Source: Rebecca billardiae RCC1528
Lineage: Eukaryota > Protista > Haptophyta
Direction: 5' to 3'
Length of the DNA: 64,000 nt
Assembly: GCA_965240325.2 (NCBI GenBank)
Contig: OZ251225.1
Coordinates: 1,860,001 to 1,924,000, forward strand
Shown here: one piece after another, positions 11,701-20,768 of the stretch
How positions within the stretch are numbered: position 1 is the stretch's first letter
Layout of the letters: every line of letters starts with the position of its first letter
Notes under the pieces: model-generated
Database searches by the model: none
Seen by the model: the letters and a program-made list of their open reading frames with translations, nothing else
What the model was told of the DNA's origin: nothing
Translations under genes and position numbers: made by a program

Positions 11701-14700
11701 GGATTGCCAGAGCGTGATCTTCCGCCCGTTCTTGATCGGGTCGACGTCTGGTGGCACGTCGTCCGCGGTGGCCGGCATGGCTGTCTCGGCCTTGGGTACG
11801 ACTGCCTTGAATCCGACCGTGTTGTCGGGGCGCAAATGAACCCTCTTGGGGCCGATGCGGATGTATGGTCGTTCGTCGAACACCACAGCCATTCCGACCG
11901 CGGCGAACGCGTTGACTGAAAAGAGAGTAGTATCGAGATCTTCGACTCCGACGACGTTTTCCAGGCACACCGGCACGGTTGTGTCTGAGTCGGCGTCGAG
12001 TAAGTATACGTACATGTCGCCTGCCTTGGATGCGTGCAGCTCAATGTCGCGCTTGGCAACCTTGACAGACATGCTGATCGGGTGAGCATTGTGTAGCAGG
12101 CCGAGGTTGATATCGACAAATGATTGGGACGCGCCCGAGTCCAGATACGCGTATTGCGTCGGCTCGAGATCTGCGTCATCGGGTTCCGGGTCGATGTCCT
12201 CGTCTTGCACCATCTGGGCCAGCGGCCTCCCCGCCCGCTTTTGGGGCGGAGGTACTTTGATGAACTTGCCGTCGCGCCCGCCGGGCTTGGCGGGCGGCCT
12301 GAAGTTGCCCTGCCTTGGTGCGCCGGGCGGCCTGGGTGGCCGCAAGTCTGGATGTAGCTTCCAGCACCGCTCTGCGGTGTGATTGCGCAGCCCGCAGTGC
12401 GAGCACGTGACGGCTGGTTGTCGGCGGTCCGCCTCCTCAGTATTGAGAGCGTGCGCGGGACCGCCCCGCTTGGGGTCACGTTGCGTTGCCTGTCGTCCCT
12501 TGGGCGACTGAGTCCAACGCCTGTATGCGTCCTCGATCTGGGCGGTGAGCTGTTCGGTCTGCGCCACGCATTGCTGGGGCGACATTGAACCGTAAATAGA
12601 GATGACGGTCGAGTAGACCTCTGGGTGCTCGTGCATCCCGTTGTACAACTTGAAAACGAGGAGTGTGGCGTCGTCTAGCTCTCGATAGCGTGATGCGCGT
12701 ACCATCTCCACCGTTTGCTTGATCATCTCAGGGCCGCTCACCGGGGTCGGTCGGTCCGGGTAGAGCTTCTTGAACTCAGCTCGGAGCTCCGACATGGTCG
12801 ATACGTTCAGCTCGTGCTCGAAGATTTCGAGCAGAGTATGTAAATTCAGGAAATTCTCATTCGGGTTCACGATGTGCCGTTTCGACTCGAGGTACGAAAA
12901 GAGACTCGGCAGCATCATGTCCTTGATACGCTTGAAAAGTACTTCCACCGATCGCTCGTAGACGATCGTCATCTGCATGATGGTGGTGTCAGCATCCATG
13001 TTTGCGAATGCGGTTGCGTACGGTTCCCGAATAGCATTTTCGGCTGTCCACACGGCGGCCTCAGCCAGCTCGTATCCGGAGAGCCTGGCTTCGACGAGGG
13101 TGACCATGGACGACGTAGTGTCGGTCGCTCTTCCCTTGAAGGAAGCCTTGACCTCGGTGACTGCGTCCTTGATCGCTCCGTGGATAGCCATTTTCGATTT
13201 GATTGTGAAGAAATTCAGCTTGTAGCTTCCGACGCCAGGCTGGCTTGTCTGCACAGCCATCATTGCATGTGCGTCGGGCAAGTAGGTGATGCAAGCTTCG
13301 CCTCCATTTCTGCGCGTTCGTGGTGACGCTTCGAGCGAGCTTGTCTCAATGTGGTCCTCTGCTGTGGCATAGCTGCCCATGTCCGACGATGTAGAAGACT
13401 CGTCCCCATCGCTGCTCTGCTGTGCGCTGTTGTCGTCACCAGTCGTGGCAGGTGGGTAGGTTGTGACACCACCAGGTGGGCCGTCGTCAGCCGGCGAGTG
13501 TCCCTCGCTCGCTTCAGAAGTCAGCCCATAGAACTCTTTGTGCAGGAAGCATGCGACACCTGGCTGTAGGAGTGCGTCATTACAATGGAACATGAGATCG
13601 AACTTGCTTTGGTGAAGCTCGTCCCTCTCCCGCACATAGTCTCCAACTGTGTAGTTGTGACCTTGCCGCTCTGCGGCTGCTGCGATGAAGCCTCCCGAGT
13701 AGATAGTGCATCGTTTGGATGGCCGCCAAGGGCAAATATCATCGAGGCTGGCGCCTGCGTCGTTCACGACGCTCAGGCTGCGGCGATCAGCCGCTGCGAC
13801 GGGTCCGTCCTGCCGGTGGAAGTGAATGCCATCATCATCGATGTCAATCCCGTCGTTCATCGCTGCAAACTGGATAATCTGCTCACATTCGAGCTGATGC
13901 TGAACTTGGATGGCGTCTGCGCATCGGTAGCTGCAGACTCTGCCCATCCCACAGATGATGCATTCGAGGGTGCAATGCATCGATGTGCACGACTGATTGT
14001 CGCATGGCTGGCGCGACTTCGGATCATCGTCGTCAATCTCACTCCACTGGCTGCAGTAGATGCCGTTGCCCATGTTCTTGCGCGCCGGGATCTCCGGGAT
14101 GATGCAATCGAAGGTCTCGCCTACACCATACCAACTGCTGACAGCCAGGAGGGGGTAAGTGCACAGGTATGAGGACATGCGATGCTTGTCGCGCGCAGCG
14201 TGTTCCCATGCTGCCTTGTTGCAGCACAAGATGGATTGGGGCCGGTCACTCAAGTCGCTGCACATACCTCCAATGGTGAAGATGTCGTCTCCGATGTCCA
14301 TCGGATCCTGGTAGACGAGTCCGTTGATGTCGATGGCCGCATCCTTGAGCACGTTGAGGACATCATTGAGGCTCAACGCGTCCGGCGGCGGGGTCGAGCC
14401 GCGCGCGAGGTCGTCAAGCTGCGGCGCGAACTCCTCGAACGGCTCCGACCGCTCATCGCCAGGGATCTGGCCCGGGTCGAAGGGGTAGTGGCTGTGCGGC
14501 TCCTTGAAGTCGGTCACGACGCTGATGGTCGGGAGGTCGCCCGCCATCGCGTCCGCCTCCGGCGCTGCGACGCTGCTGCCTCCATGCTGGTCGTGTCCAG
14601 TCGCAGTCGGCGACGCCGAGTCCGGGGATTCCGTCTGTGTCGTAGCGTCGCGATGCAGCGACTGCGACGACGGCGAGTCGTCCTTCTGCGAGGACGGGGG

Positions 14701-15351
14701 CACTCGCCATTGCTCAGGGAGCACGACGGGCTGCTTGTAGTCCCAGCCCAGCGTGCCGGAGGGCCGCGGGCCGTTTGGGTACTTGTCGTGCGCCGACGAT
14801 CGCTCCTGCGCGCTGGGGATCGTCATGGGTTCAGTTGCGCGCGCGCCGGTGCGCGGCGCGGCGCGCTCGGCCTCGCTGTGTTGCGAGGGATGGTATCGGT
14901 GGCCCCGCGAGTGGGGCGGGTGCCAGTGCGCATGCGCGGAGTTGGATGGCCTTGTGCTCTCCGCGAACCACGTCCCGTCGTAGGGTACGAGGTTGTCGTC
15001 GCTCCGCCGGTGGTGCTTGTACTCGGTCGGTGCGTGATGCCGGCCGCCGCCGTTGCCTTGGCGACTGGGGCCTTGCTCGCCACGCGGGTAGTGTCCGTCG
15101 TGGCGGTCGCGGTTCTCGATGGAGCTGCGACTGTCCTCGTAGAAGGTACGCGGGCTCCCGCCCTGGTCGTACCATCGCGAGGATGGGAACTCGATGTCTT
15201 CCTTGCGGCCGGTGTCGTTCCGTGCCGATCCGGCGTTGTCGCCGAAGTCGATGTCGAGGAGCATGGGGCTCCCGCGGTGGCGGAGCCGTTCGTTGCGGGT
15301 CCGCTTGCGCTGATTGTAGGATCGGACGACGTTGTGCACCCGTGAGCTCAT
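8698..15351 (-). CDS. Copia Gag-Pol polyprotein (2217 aa) with long N-terminal extension
   Basis: Zn knuckle CSHCGLRNHTAERC; protease YLDSGAS; integrase LHNDVIGP/HLDGGRE/QLNGVAER; RT YKARLVGQG, ADVSTAYL, VYVDDLLI; RNase H FVDSDWA, SSCEAEY, EDNKGAI, KHIDVRHHFIRD, NIADCLTK; no stops or frameshifts. Confidence 0.97.
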   Translation of the reverse strand: MSSRVHNVVRSYNQRKRTRNERLRHRGSPMLLDIDFGDNAGSARNDTGRKEDIEFPSSRWYDQGGSPRTFYEDSRSSIENRDRHDGHYPRGEQGPSRQGNGGGRHHAPTEYKHHRRSDDNLVPYDGTWFAESTRPSNSAHAHWHPPHSRGHRYHPSQHSEAERAAPRTGARATEPMTIPSAQERSSAHDKYPNGPRPSGTLGWDYKQPVVLPEQWRVPPSSQKDDSPSSQSLHRDATTQTESPDSASPTATGHDQHGGSSVAAPEADAMAGDLPTISVVTDFKEPHSHYPFDPGQIPGDERSEPFEEFAPQLDDLARGSTPPPDALSLNDVLNVLKDAAIDINGLVYQDPMDIGDDIFTIGGMCSDLSDRPQSILCCNKAAWEHAARDKHRMSSYLCTYPLLAVSSWYGVGETFDCIIPEIPARKNMGNGIYCSQWSEIDDDDPKSRQPCDNQSCTSMHCTLECIICGMGRVCSYRCADAIQVQHQLECEQIIQFAAMNDGIDIDDDGIHFHRQDGPVAAADRRSLSVVNDAGASLDDICPWRPSKRCTIYSGGFIAAAAERQGHNYTVGDYVRERDELHQSKFDLMFHCNDALLQPGVACFLHKEFYGLTSEASEGHSPADDGPPGGVTTYPPATTGDDNSAQQSSDGDESSTSSDMGSYATAEDHIETSSLEASPRTRRNGGEACITYLPDAHAMMAVQTSQPGVGSYKLNFFTIKSKMAIHGAIKDAVTEVKASFKGRATDTTSSMVTLVEARLSGYELAEAAVWTAENAIREPYATAFANMDADTTIMQMTIVYERSVEVLFKRIKDMMLPSLFSYLESKRHIVNPNENFLNLHTLLEIFEHELNVSTMSELRAEFKKLYPDRPTPVSGPEMIKQTVEMVRASRYRELDDATLLVFKLYNGMHEHPEVYSTVISIYGSMSPQQCVAQTEQLTAQIEDAYRRWTQSPKGRQATQRDPKRGGPAHALNTEEADRRQPAVTCSHCGLRNHTAERCWKLHPDLRPPRPPGAPRQGNFRPPAKPGGRDGKFIKVPPPQKRAGRPLAQMVQDEDIDPEPDDADLEPTQYAYLDSGASQSFVDINLGLLHNAHPISMSVKVAKRDIELHASKAGDMYVYLLDADSDTTVPVCLENVVGVEDLDTTLFSVNAFAAVGMAVVFDERPYIRIGPKRVHLRPDNTVGFKAVVPKAETAMPATADDVPPDVDPIKNGRKITLWQSRLGYADIKRVRATYRANDKMSEASPCTYQPSDVAKFKAKPFPGTRERTTRPLEMLHNDVIGPINGLPAKTPRWGTLFIDDFSGYMRFYDMQNKAEAPEKLDLMASEMGANSLSATMQNKGIAGCTIHLDGGRELHSKNWNRVLRRYDMLCNYMSPPHTQQLNGVAERGLGVIMNDARTMLYLSGVHHKWWYWAAKCAAAQRNLMSKHPTSDGKLVSPHELMFGTSPGPFLQKLRVWGSPCIYLVQSINKQNKLLPRAREGILLGYGFDGIFERGTIKRSHGYIVLSADDGKIVITRHVKFNEQVILDRISTHFKEIREIRDPLLAWSARRPPQGADAGKTRDSNTNEEGDEEFASSSSDADSDSERGGDDPPSPDEESDDDDKDDRDKPDDDEKGDDGNGDDGDGDGPGAGGGPSQSNTPPQPKQPPPSADRRPQRTRNMTGKSYFPPTRRARARAQLAQLASDIPVPTSFKEAMESKQASDWTRAIMEEYEAHDRLGTFTPVIVPKGKAIIPSKLVFKVKANPDGTIERYKARLVGQGFRQIQGVNYDEVFSPTIRYENVRLLLALTTELRTPERPWIIHSADVSTAYLQAPLEDGLKIYTTLPPLYPCALKPPEGHVVAADWDMALPGFKQSGRRWHIRLSQKLREKGFKKLTQSECIFVRTSGDIIDVIAVYVDDLLILSSSPDSARPSSIIGEIRKEFTLRDLGPATTFLGMSIAQGPKSTTISMSQYITDLLKKHDMSDITPVDNPCRSAAEHPTAVETDDSSSCSPEESKTYRAIVGALLFIMNTCRPDISYAVNMLARHMASPSSNDLKGAKRVLRYLAGTKNSGITFTSTATTQPRTEMFVDSDWANDTKDRRSTGSYIYFHADGPVSWRTFKQSITTLSSCEAEYVALAEGAKEAVYLRDIISDILNIPKTPIVIHEDNKGAIDLSKNSIHHKRTKHIDVRHHFIRDCVDLGAVNITKVHTSENIADCLTKALPKDKFTKFRDIMVTPVSN

Positions 15352-15904
15352 GATTGGCGCTTCGCGCGTGTCGTGCGGTCCTTACTGTGTTTCGTGGGGC
15401 GAAGGGGCGTCCCCCTTGCTGATGGCTGGTTTCAGGTAAGCTGATGTTTCAGTCTGGTGAAAGCTGATGGAAGTGGCATCGAAGATTTTGGAATCTTCGT
15501 GTGCCTGCTTTCCTCGGTCGGAATGCTCTCGGAATTCCGTTGATTGCCTTCGCGTCATTGCACGAAAGCTTCCTGTGATGATCGGGACGTCTCCTCGAAA
15601 TGAAAAGAAAGTTCTGATGACTGCATGGTAGTCTCTGGTCCAGTTCAGGGTACCTTCCCAAGTGGTGAAGAATCCCTGGACCCTTGGATGTGTAGTCCGA
15701 AGACCTCATGTGTGTGCCGATACTCCTTATCTTTGGAGTAGTAAATTGCATGAACAATGGCTGCTGTTGGCCTTGCTCTTGAATGGTGAAACCGATTGAA
15801 TTGCATGATGAAAGTCTGCAGCTTGGCGGCTGAAATTGCTCAGCGCCTTGGAATTAAAGTCTCGAGCTGGGGAATGGCGCCGATGGCTGCCTTGGACTTT
15901 GACA
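15351..15904 (-). repeat. 5' LTR (554 bp)
   Basis: Copy of 8137-8690, followed by TSD CTTAC. Confidence 0.97.
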
Positions 15905-16272
15905 CTTACATGTGTATTGATCAATAGACTTAACCAAATACCAACCGCGATCACATCAAGGGGCTGGTATTTTGTAAGCCCCTTGATCACATCCCCTGAC
16001 TTCAATCAAGCGGCAGAAGAGCCGATCCACACTACCTCTCTTTCCTATACTTGGCGAGCTGTTTCAGGCTCTTACAATTCAGACATCTTACCATAGACGA
16101 ATGTTCGAACGCAGGGTTGGTGTTTGCTATTGGAGCATGCTTTTTCCCAAGTGTTACTAACGCTTAAAGTTAAGATTAATACGAGGCTGGGAGAATCTCA
16201 CATATTGACGCAATCAAACCGCCATCAAGGGGGGTGAATGCCATTCATAAGCATCATCTTTCCCCCTCCTAA

Positions 16273-16420
16273 AATTACAAAATCCCCACCATCACACACG
16301 CCATTATCTTTTTTGATTTTGCGGAGCACGTGCGCCCCCCCCCCCCCCCCTCCCCGGCTTTCGCTCACGCGCAGACCTTTCGGGGGGGGGGGGGGGGGGG
16401 GGGGGGGGCGTGCGCCACTA
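16273..16420. repeat. Inner inverted-repeat arm (left), with long C and G homopolymer runs
   Basis: tcttttttgattttgcggagcacgtgcgcc...ccggctttcgctcacgc-cagacctttcgggggg is the reverse complement of 16995-17110. Confidence 0.85.
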
Positions 16421-16827
16421 GTGTCAGTACTATATATGTATATACACACACATATATATATATATGGTAACGGTTTATGAAAACGTACATGAATCGTCAG
16501 GCGCACTAGACCGAGTAGCTAGGCTGCTAGCCCGAAACGCCGCCGAAAGTGGCGAATAATATACTCAAGGCGTCGATCAGCATCGTCAAATAATAAGGAC
16601 TCATTCTCGGATGAAACTTTGAGCGTACAGTACTCAGTAGCAGTAGTTTGAAGGGCGGCACGACCGCACTCCGACGCAGGAGCACGCGATCACGATTATA
16701 ATGATGCCAAGTACACTACAGGGGCGTTCCCCGCATTGGTCATACGCCAAATCGAACCACCTTTCTATTGCAACGAGCTTCCTTCGTCCATTTGAAGCGG
16801 GCGGTATACATTTGAATACGGGAAAAG

Positions 16828-16854
16828 GCAAAGCCCCCGCAGCGGGGGCTTTGC
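16828..16854. other. Perfect GC-rich hairpin flanked by A and T tracts
   Basis: GCAAAGCCCCCGC-A-GCGGGGGCTTTGC, preceded by AAAAG and followed by TTTT. Confidence 0.8.
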
Positions 16855-16994
16855 TTTTCACGAGCGTGACTAGCATGGCAGGATCCCGGGAACGCCCTTG
16901 TATACTGACTCACTTCTAAGTAGCTGGGCGAGTCAATGACTATAATATGAGTCATGTCACATGTGTGCGCAACGCTGCTGGCATAACTTTGAAT

Positions 16995-17110
16995 AATGGC
17001 GCGCGGCCCCCCCGAAAGGTCTGAGCGTGAGCGAAAGCCGGGGGGGGCGGCGCACGTGCTCCGCAAAATCAAAAAAGAGGATGCGCGCAGGATTTGGGGG
17101 ATTTTTGTAG
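16995..17110. repeat. Inner inverted-repeat arm (right)
   Basis: ccccccgaaaggtctgagcgtgagcgaaagccgg...gcgcacgtgctccgcaaaatcaaaaaaga mirrors 16273-16420. Confidence 0.85.
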
Positions 17111-17748
17111 GTGGATTTAGGTGTGAAATCCGCATTTGACTCGATATCGCTGCTCATGATTGCGTTTGTACTGCTCCTTAATCCTTGGATAGTAAGTAAT
17201 AGAAGAAATCGAACTCGAATAGGACAAAGGCGTCTGCATCTTTCTGATAATTATGGTGGGCCGTTCGTGATTCTCCTGCTGATATACACTTTTGGTTTGC
17301 TGATTCCAATTCAAAGAGTAAAGTATCGTCTCCTATTATCCTTCTCCTCTGAAGAGAACCACACTTCAGCAAAAACAACGTTTCAGTATCAACGTATTAT
17401 GGCACGACGTTCGTCATCGCGGCTCGTTTGTCTATTGGTACCCGCGAAATGAACCCTGCCAGATCTTCGCCTAATCAAAAACGCCTAGGCACGCGTTTTC
17501 GCACCGTTTCGCCGTACCATTTATGAGATTAACTTATAATTATACAAACTTACAAAAACAGCGGTTCGCTTCGACCAGAATATATGCGCCCGTGCGGGCG
17601 TGGCCGACTAAGTGATATGACCAAATGAGGGAATCTTACCCGTAAGCGTTATTTGGCGGCCCCGGCACACGCCGAGCGAGTAGCGACCGAGGGCGATCGG
17701 AGGCTCAAAGCCGAAAAGGCGGCTCTCGTTTTGCGTGCCGGTGCGCGC

Positions 17749-19002
17749 GACTCAGCGCAGGTGCGCGCACTGCAGCTGCGGCGGGTCCCAACAGCCGTCG
17801 GCATCGCATTCGTGCCTCGCTCACCCCACGCGCCCCGCCCTGCCATGCGTCTTCGGCCCAAAGTGTACACCCCGCCCGGCCCGCGGCGTCGGCGCCCGCC
17901 GACGAAGTACGTTCACGAACACGGCCATCGGACTGCCGCGCCGCGCAGGTGACTCGACCTCGAGCGAGCCTGGGGCGTGGAGGCGACCGACGGCGGGGTG
18001 CGACTTGCCCACCGACCCGAGCTGCATCACCCAGCGCAGCTTCGCCCGCGACGATGCTTCGCCTGGCTACCACTGCTCAGCCTCGTTACCCACCGGCTGT
18101 GATGGCGACGCTGTCTGTCCGCGCGGCGTGCGGCGGCGCGCAGGCAGGGAGAGCGGCAGCCGGGCACCGAGCCGCAGGACGAGCTCTTGCTGGAGGACTC
18201 GCCCGAGCGCGCGTTCGCGCGCTTGCACACCGCGCTGCGCACCATGCACGACCAGCGCGTCCTGCGCTTCTACACGCAGAACGACTCGTCGTGGACGATC
18301 GATCACGGGACATTGGCCTGCTGCAGTCGCAGTATCGGCGCACGTGCTGCACGCGACCTCGCAGCGCGCGTGGCCCGCATTCGAGGGGAAGACGCCGAGG
18401 GCGTGCAAGGAGCGGCTGCTGCGGCTGCGGGACATCGTAGACAGGCTCGAGCCGCGGGACATTGGCCTGCTGCAGTCGCAGTATGCGCTGCTGCACGCGA
18501 CCTCGCAGCGCGCGTGGCCCGCATTCGAGGGGAAGACGCCGAGGGCGTGCAAGGAGCGGCTGCTGCGGCTGCGGGACATCGTAGACAGGCTCGAGCCGCG
18601 GCTGCTCGCGACGCTCTTCCCCGCCGACGCCGACGACGAGCTGCGCGAGCTTGTCCGACGCTGCGCCGATCCCGCCGGCGCGCGAGGCTGTGCGAGGCTG
18701 ACGGACGGGCTGCCGAGCGCGATCTCCTCAGCGCTGCGCGCGGCCACAGCAGGGCTGCCCGAAGCGCACCGGGCGGAGGCGCTGCGGCTGCTGCGCGTCG
18801 AGTTCGACACGGCCCAGCCCCCCGAGGCCGTCGATCGAGTCCGGATTACTCGCGCCCGCGCCTCCTGCACGGCGACGGCGCCGGGCGCGCGCATCGTAGT
18901 GATAAATTCACAGTGATTCGGTGAATAAGAACGCGACAACTACCAGGGCCGTGCGCCATCAACTTCGTTGTTCACTACCCGAAGATCGGCGTAGCCGATC
19001 AT
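17749..19002 (+). repeat. Right outer arm of the large degenerate inverted repeat
   Basis: Reverse-complement homology to 6229-7540 in two blocks. Confidence 0.85.
18120..18916 (+). pseudogene. Frameshifted uncharacterised helical-protein ORF with an internal ~148-bp tandem duplication
   Basis: Coding-like GC3-rich frame ELLLEDSPERAFARLHTALRTM... is broken by small insertions near 18300 and 18335; 18306-18454 repeats at 18455-18600 (RDIGLLQSQY...DRLEPR). Confidence 0.55.
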
Positions 19003-19261
19003 GATACTATATCCGATATAGTATGCGGTAAGTGCTTGGGCGCCTTGCCCTTGGCAAGCGCCAGACTGTCCGGGCATCTCGTAACAGTCTAGTGACGTAA
19101 TTTCTGCGTGGACTCGATCCCCCAGTTGCCACGCCTTCGGTCCGGACCTGGCAAGTAGGTGGCACACACCTCGTCCCTGGTCGAGTCACCCGCCGCCGGT
19201 GACTCACCGGGTGAGCAACGCGCGTGACGCGTGCTGCGAAGTGCGATGCCGATGCGCGCCC

Positions 19262-20230
19262 TCATTGCCCCGGGTCCACAGACCGCAGCGCCTTCATCGC
19301 GAGGAGACGATCCTTCTCACCGCGCACCTCGCCGAGGGCAAAGTCGAGAAGGCGATCGACGTCAACAATCTGGAGCGCCATCGCCCGCCGATCGCCAGGT
19401 AGCCAGCGAAGCGCGCGGAACGCGCGGATGCGCGTGCGGGCCTGCAGCTCATCTCCCATGCCCTCGTCATCCCCGCCAGCCGCACTGGCAGCTAGCTCGC
19501 GCGCCAGGTTGGCGTCGTTCTCCTCCTCCTCCTCCGGGGAGTGCACGTCGAGGCCGAGAGAGGCGCGCAGCTCATTGCACTCCGCGAGTGCTGCATCAAG
19601 CGCCGCCGTGTCGCACGCCGGGCTCTCGGCGTCGCCACTTGCCCCAGCCGGGATGGGCTGCACTCGTGCGCGGACATGCGGCTCGAACTGAGTCACCTCG
19701 AGCACGCGGCATTGGCTGATGCCGACAATGTCGGCCTTGAGCGACGGTGACGTCTCGCCGCGCACGTTTGCCTTCGAGGATGGCGCGACCTCGAGGACAC
19801 GGCACTTCGTGCCCACCGCGATCACACCGAACCGCCGGTTGGACGCTGCGCGCGGGTCGAGCGCCACGTGCATGAAGGTTGAGGAGATGGACATGGCCGC
19901 GCGCAGCGCCGCGAGGTTGGAAGAGTCGTAGAGATGCAGCTGCTGCTTTTGCCCGGGCAGAGTCAGGCGATCGAGGTCATGCTGAAGGATGACGGGCACG
20001 CTCGAGTCGTCGAAATCGTCGCCTTTGCGCCGGGCGCTGGATGGGAGGAAGCCGAGCGACACCTCGTCGGAGCTGCCCGCCGCGCGCATGCACACGCGCG
20101 CGGGGAGTGGAATGCGAGTAGACAGCCGCGCCAGCGAGGTAGGTATCGACGCCGTGTCGAAGCAGGACGCCGCCGTGAGGAGCATGAAGGCGCGAACACG
20201 CATCATGCTTAGGCTCGTGGGAGCCATCAT
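19262..20230 (-). CDS. Lon protease N-terminal (substrate-binding) domain-like protein, probably plastid-targeted; start placed at MMAPTS
   Basis: LTLPGQKQQLHLYD..LAALRAAM..F..VGTKCRVLEV..ADIVGISQCRVLEVTQFEPHVRARV; C-terminal DRRAMALQ..DRLL; signal-like MMRVRAFMLLTAASC. Confidence 0.7.
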   Translation of the reverse strand: MMAPTSLSMMRVRAFMLLTAASCFDTASIPTSLARLSTRIPLPARVCMRAAGSSDEVSLGFLPSSARRKGDDFDDSSVPVILQHDLDRLTLPGQKQQLHLYDSSNLAALRAAMSISSTFMHVALDPRAASNRRFGVIAVGTKCRVLEVAPSSKANVRGETSPSLKADIVGISQCRVLEVTQFEPHVRARVQPIPAGASGDAESPACDTAALDAALAECNELRASLGLDVHSPEEEEENDANLARELAASAAGGDDEGMGDELQARTRIRAFRALRWLPGDRRAMALQIVDVDRLLDFALGEVRGEKDRLLAMKALRSVDPGQ

Positions 20231-20354
20231 GAAAAGCTCAGGCCGGGCGCGGGGCGCCCGGACCTGGATGGCTGGCTCGGCGCTCGAGATCTGAGCCGAC
20301 CCGCCGCCGGCGCGGCAGGCTGGCTCCGCGCCGACGCGACATCTCCACAGCGCA

Positions 20355-20768
20355 ATGCGGGCGGTCACGTTCGCCTTCGCCGCGCTCATGTTCTGCGACA
20401 CAGTGTGCTCAAGCTTCTACGCACCCCGCCCGGCCGTCATCCAGCTCACGGAGGCGGACATGCTCAAGCGCCGTGAAGATGCGGTCTTGTTCCGCCATGT
20501 CGAAGAGATGGTCCCGTGGTACGACTCCGTGGCGGCTGGCGCGCTTGCGGGCTGGGCCACCGGCAAGTTCATCGCGGGGGATCCCACAGTCATGGCGATC
20601 GCTGGTGCCATGTACTGCACATACGCGTCACGCAGGCAACCGCTCAATCGCCTCGCGCACGCCGCAAACAGACTCAACATTGAGTACACGCTCATTCGCC
20701 TGAAGATCGTACGCGTCGTAAACGCAGAGCTGAATACATTCTCACGGTCGAAGCTACGCCGCAAGTGA
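20355..20768 (+). CDS. Hypothetical small protein with signal peptide and a Gly/Ala hydrophobic hairpin
   Basis: 137-aa ATG ORF, MRAVTFAFAALMFCDTVCS; divergent from the Lon-N gene with a ~124-bp spacer. Confidence 0.55.
   Translation: MRAVTFAFAALMFCDTVCSSFYAPRPAVIQLTEADMLKRREDAVLFRHVEEMVPWYDSVAAGALAGWATGKFIAGDPTVMAIAGAMYCTYASRRQPLNRLAHAANRLNIEYTLIRLKIVRVVNAELNTFSRSKLRRK

Larger units (their letters stand above)
8137..15904 (-). mobile_element. Full-length Ty1/copia LTR retrotransposon, recent insertion
   Basis: Two 554-bp TG...CA LTRs; 5-bp TSD CTTAC at 8132-8136 and 15905-15909; single gag-PR-IN-RT-RH ORF in copia domain order; purine-rich PPT (GAGGGGGCG on minus strand) abutting the 3' LTR. 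Confidence 0.98.

Noticed and set aside
7940-16005. Host ORF interrupted by the copia insertion
   Set aside because: Rejoining the flanks across the CTTAC TSD gives only a ~100-codon minus-strand frame with no recognisable motif.
16828-16873. Rho-independent terminator or Helitron 3' end (hairpin followed by CTAG)
   Set aside because: Nuclear eukaryotic context with no upstream gene. The CTAG is 15 bp downstream and is followed by C rather than T, and no matching 5' TC end was identified.
17178-17378. Minus-strand peptide NYQKDADAFVLFEFD resembling a small-GTPase segment
   Set aside because: No P-loop, DxxG or NKxD motif, and flanked by stops; probably chance.
20231-20401. Upstream extension of the Lon-N ORF
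   Set aside because: It overlaps the divergent 20355 gene, and the signal-like sequence begins at the 20230 ATG.
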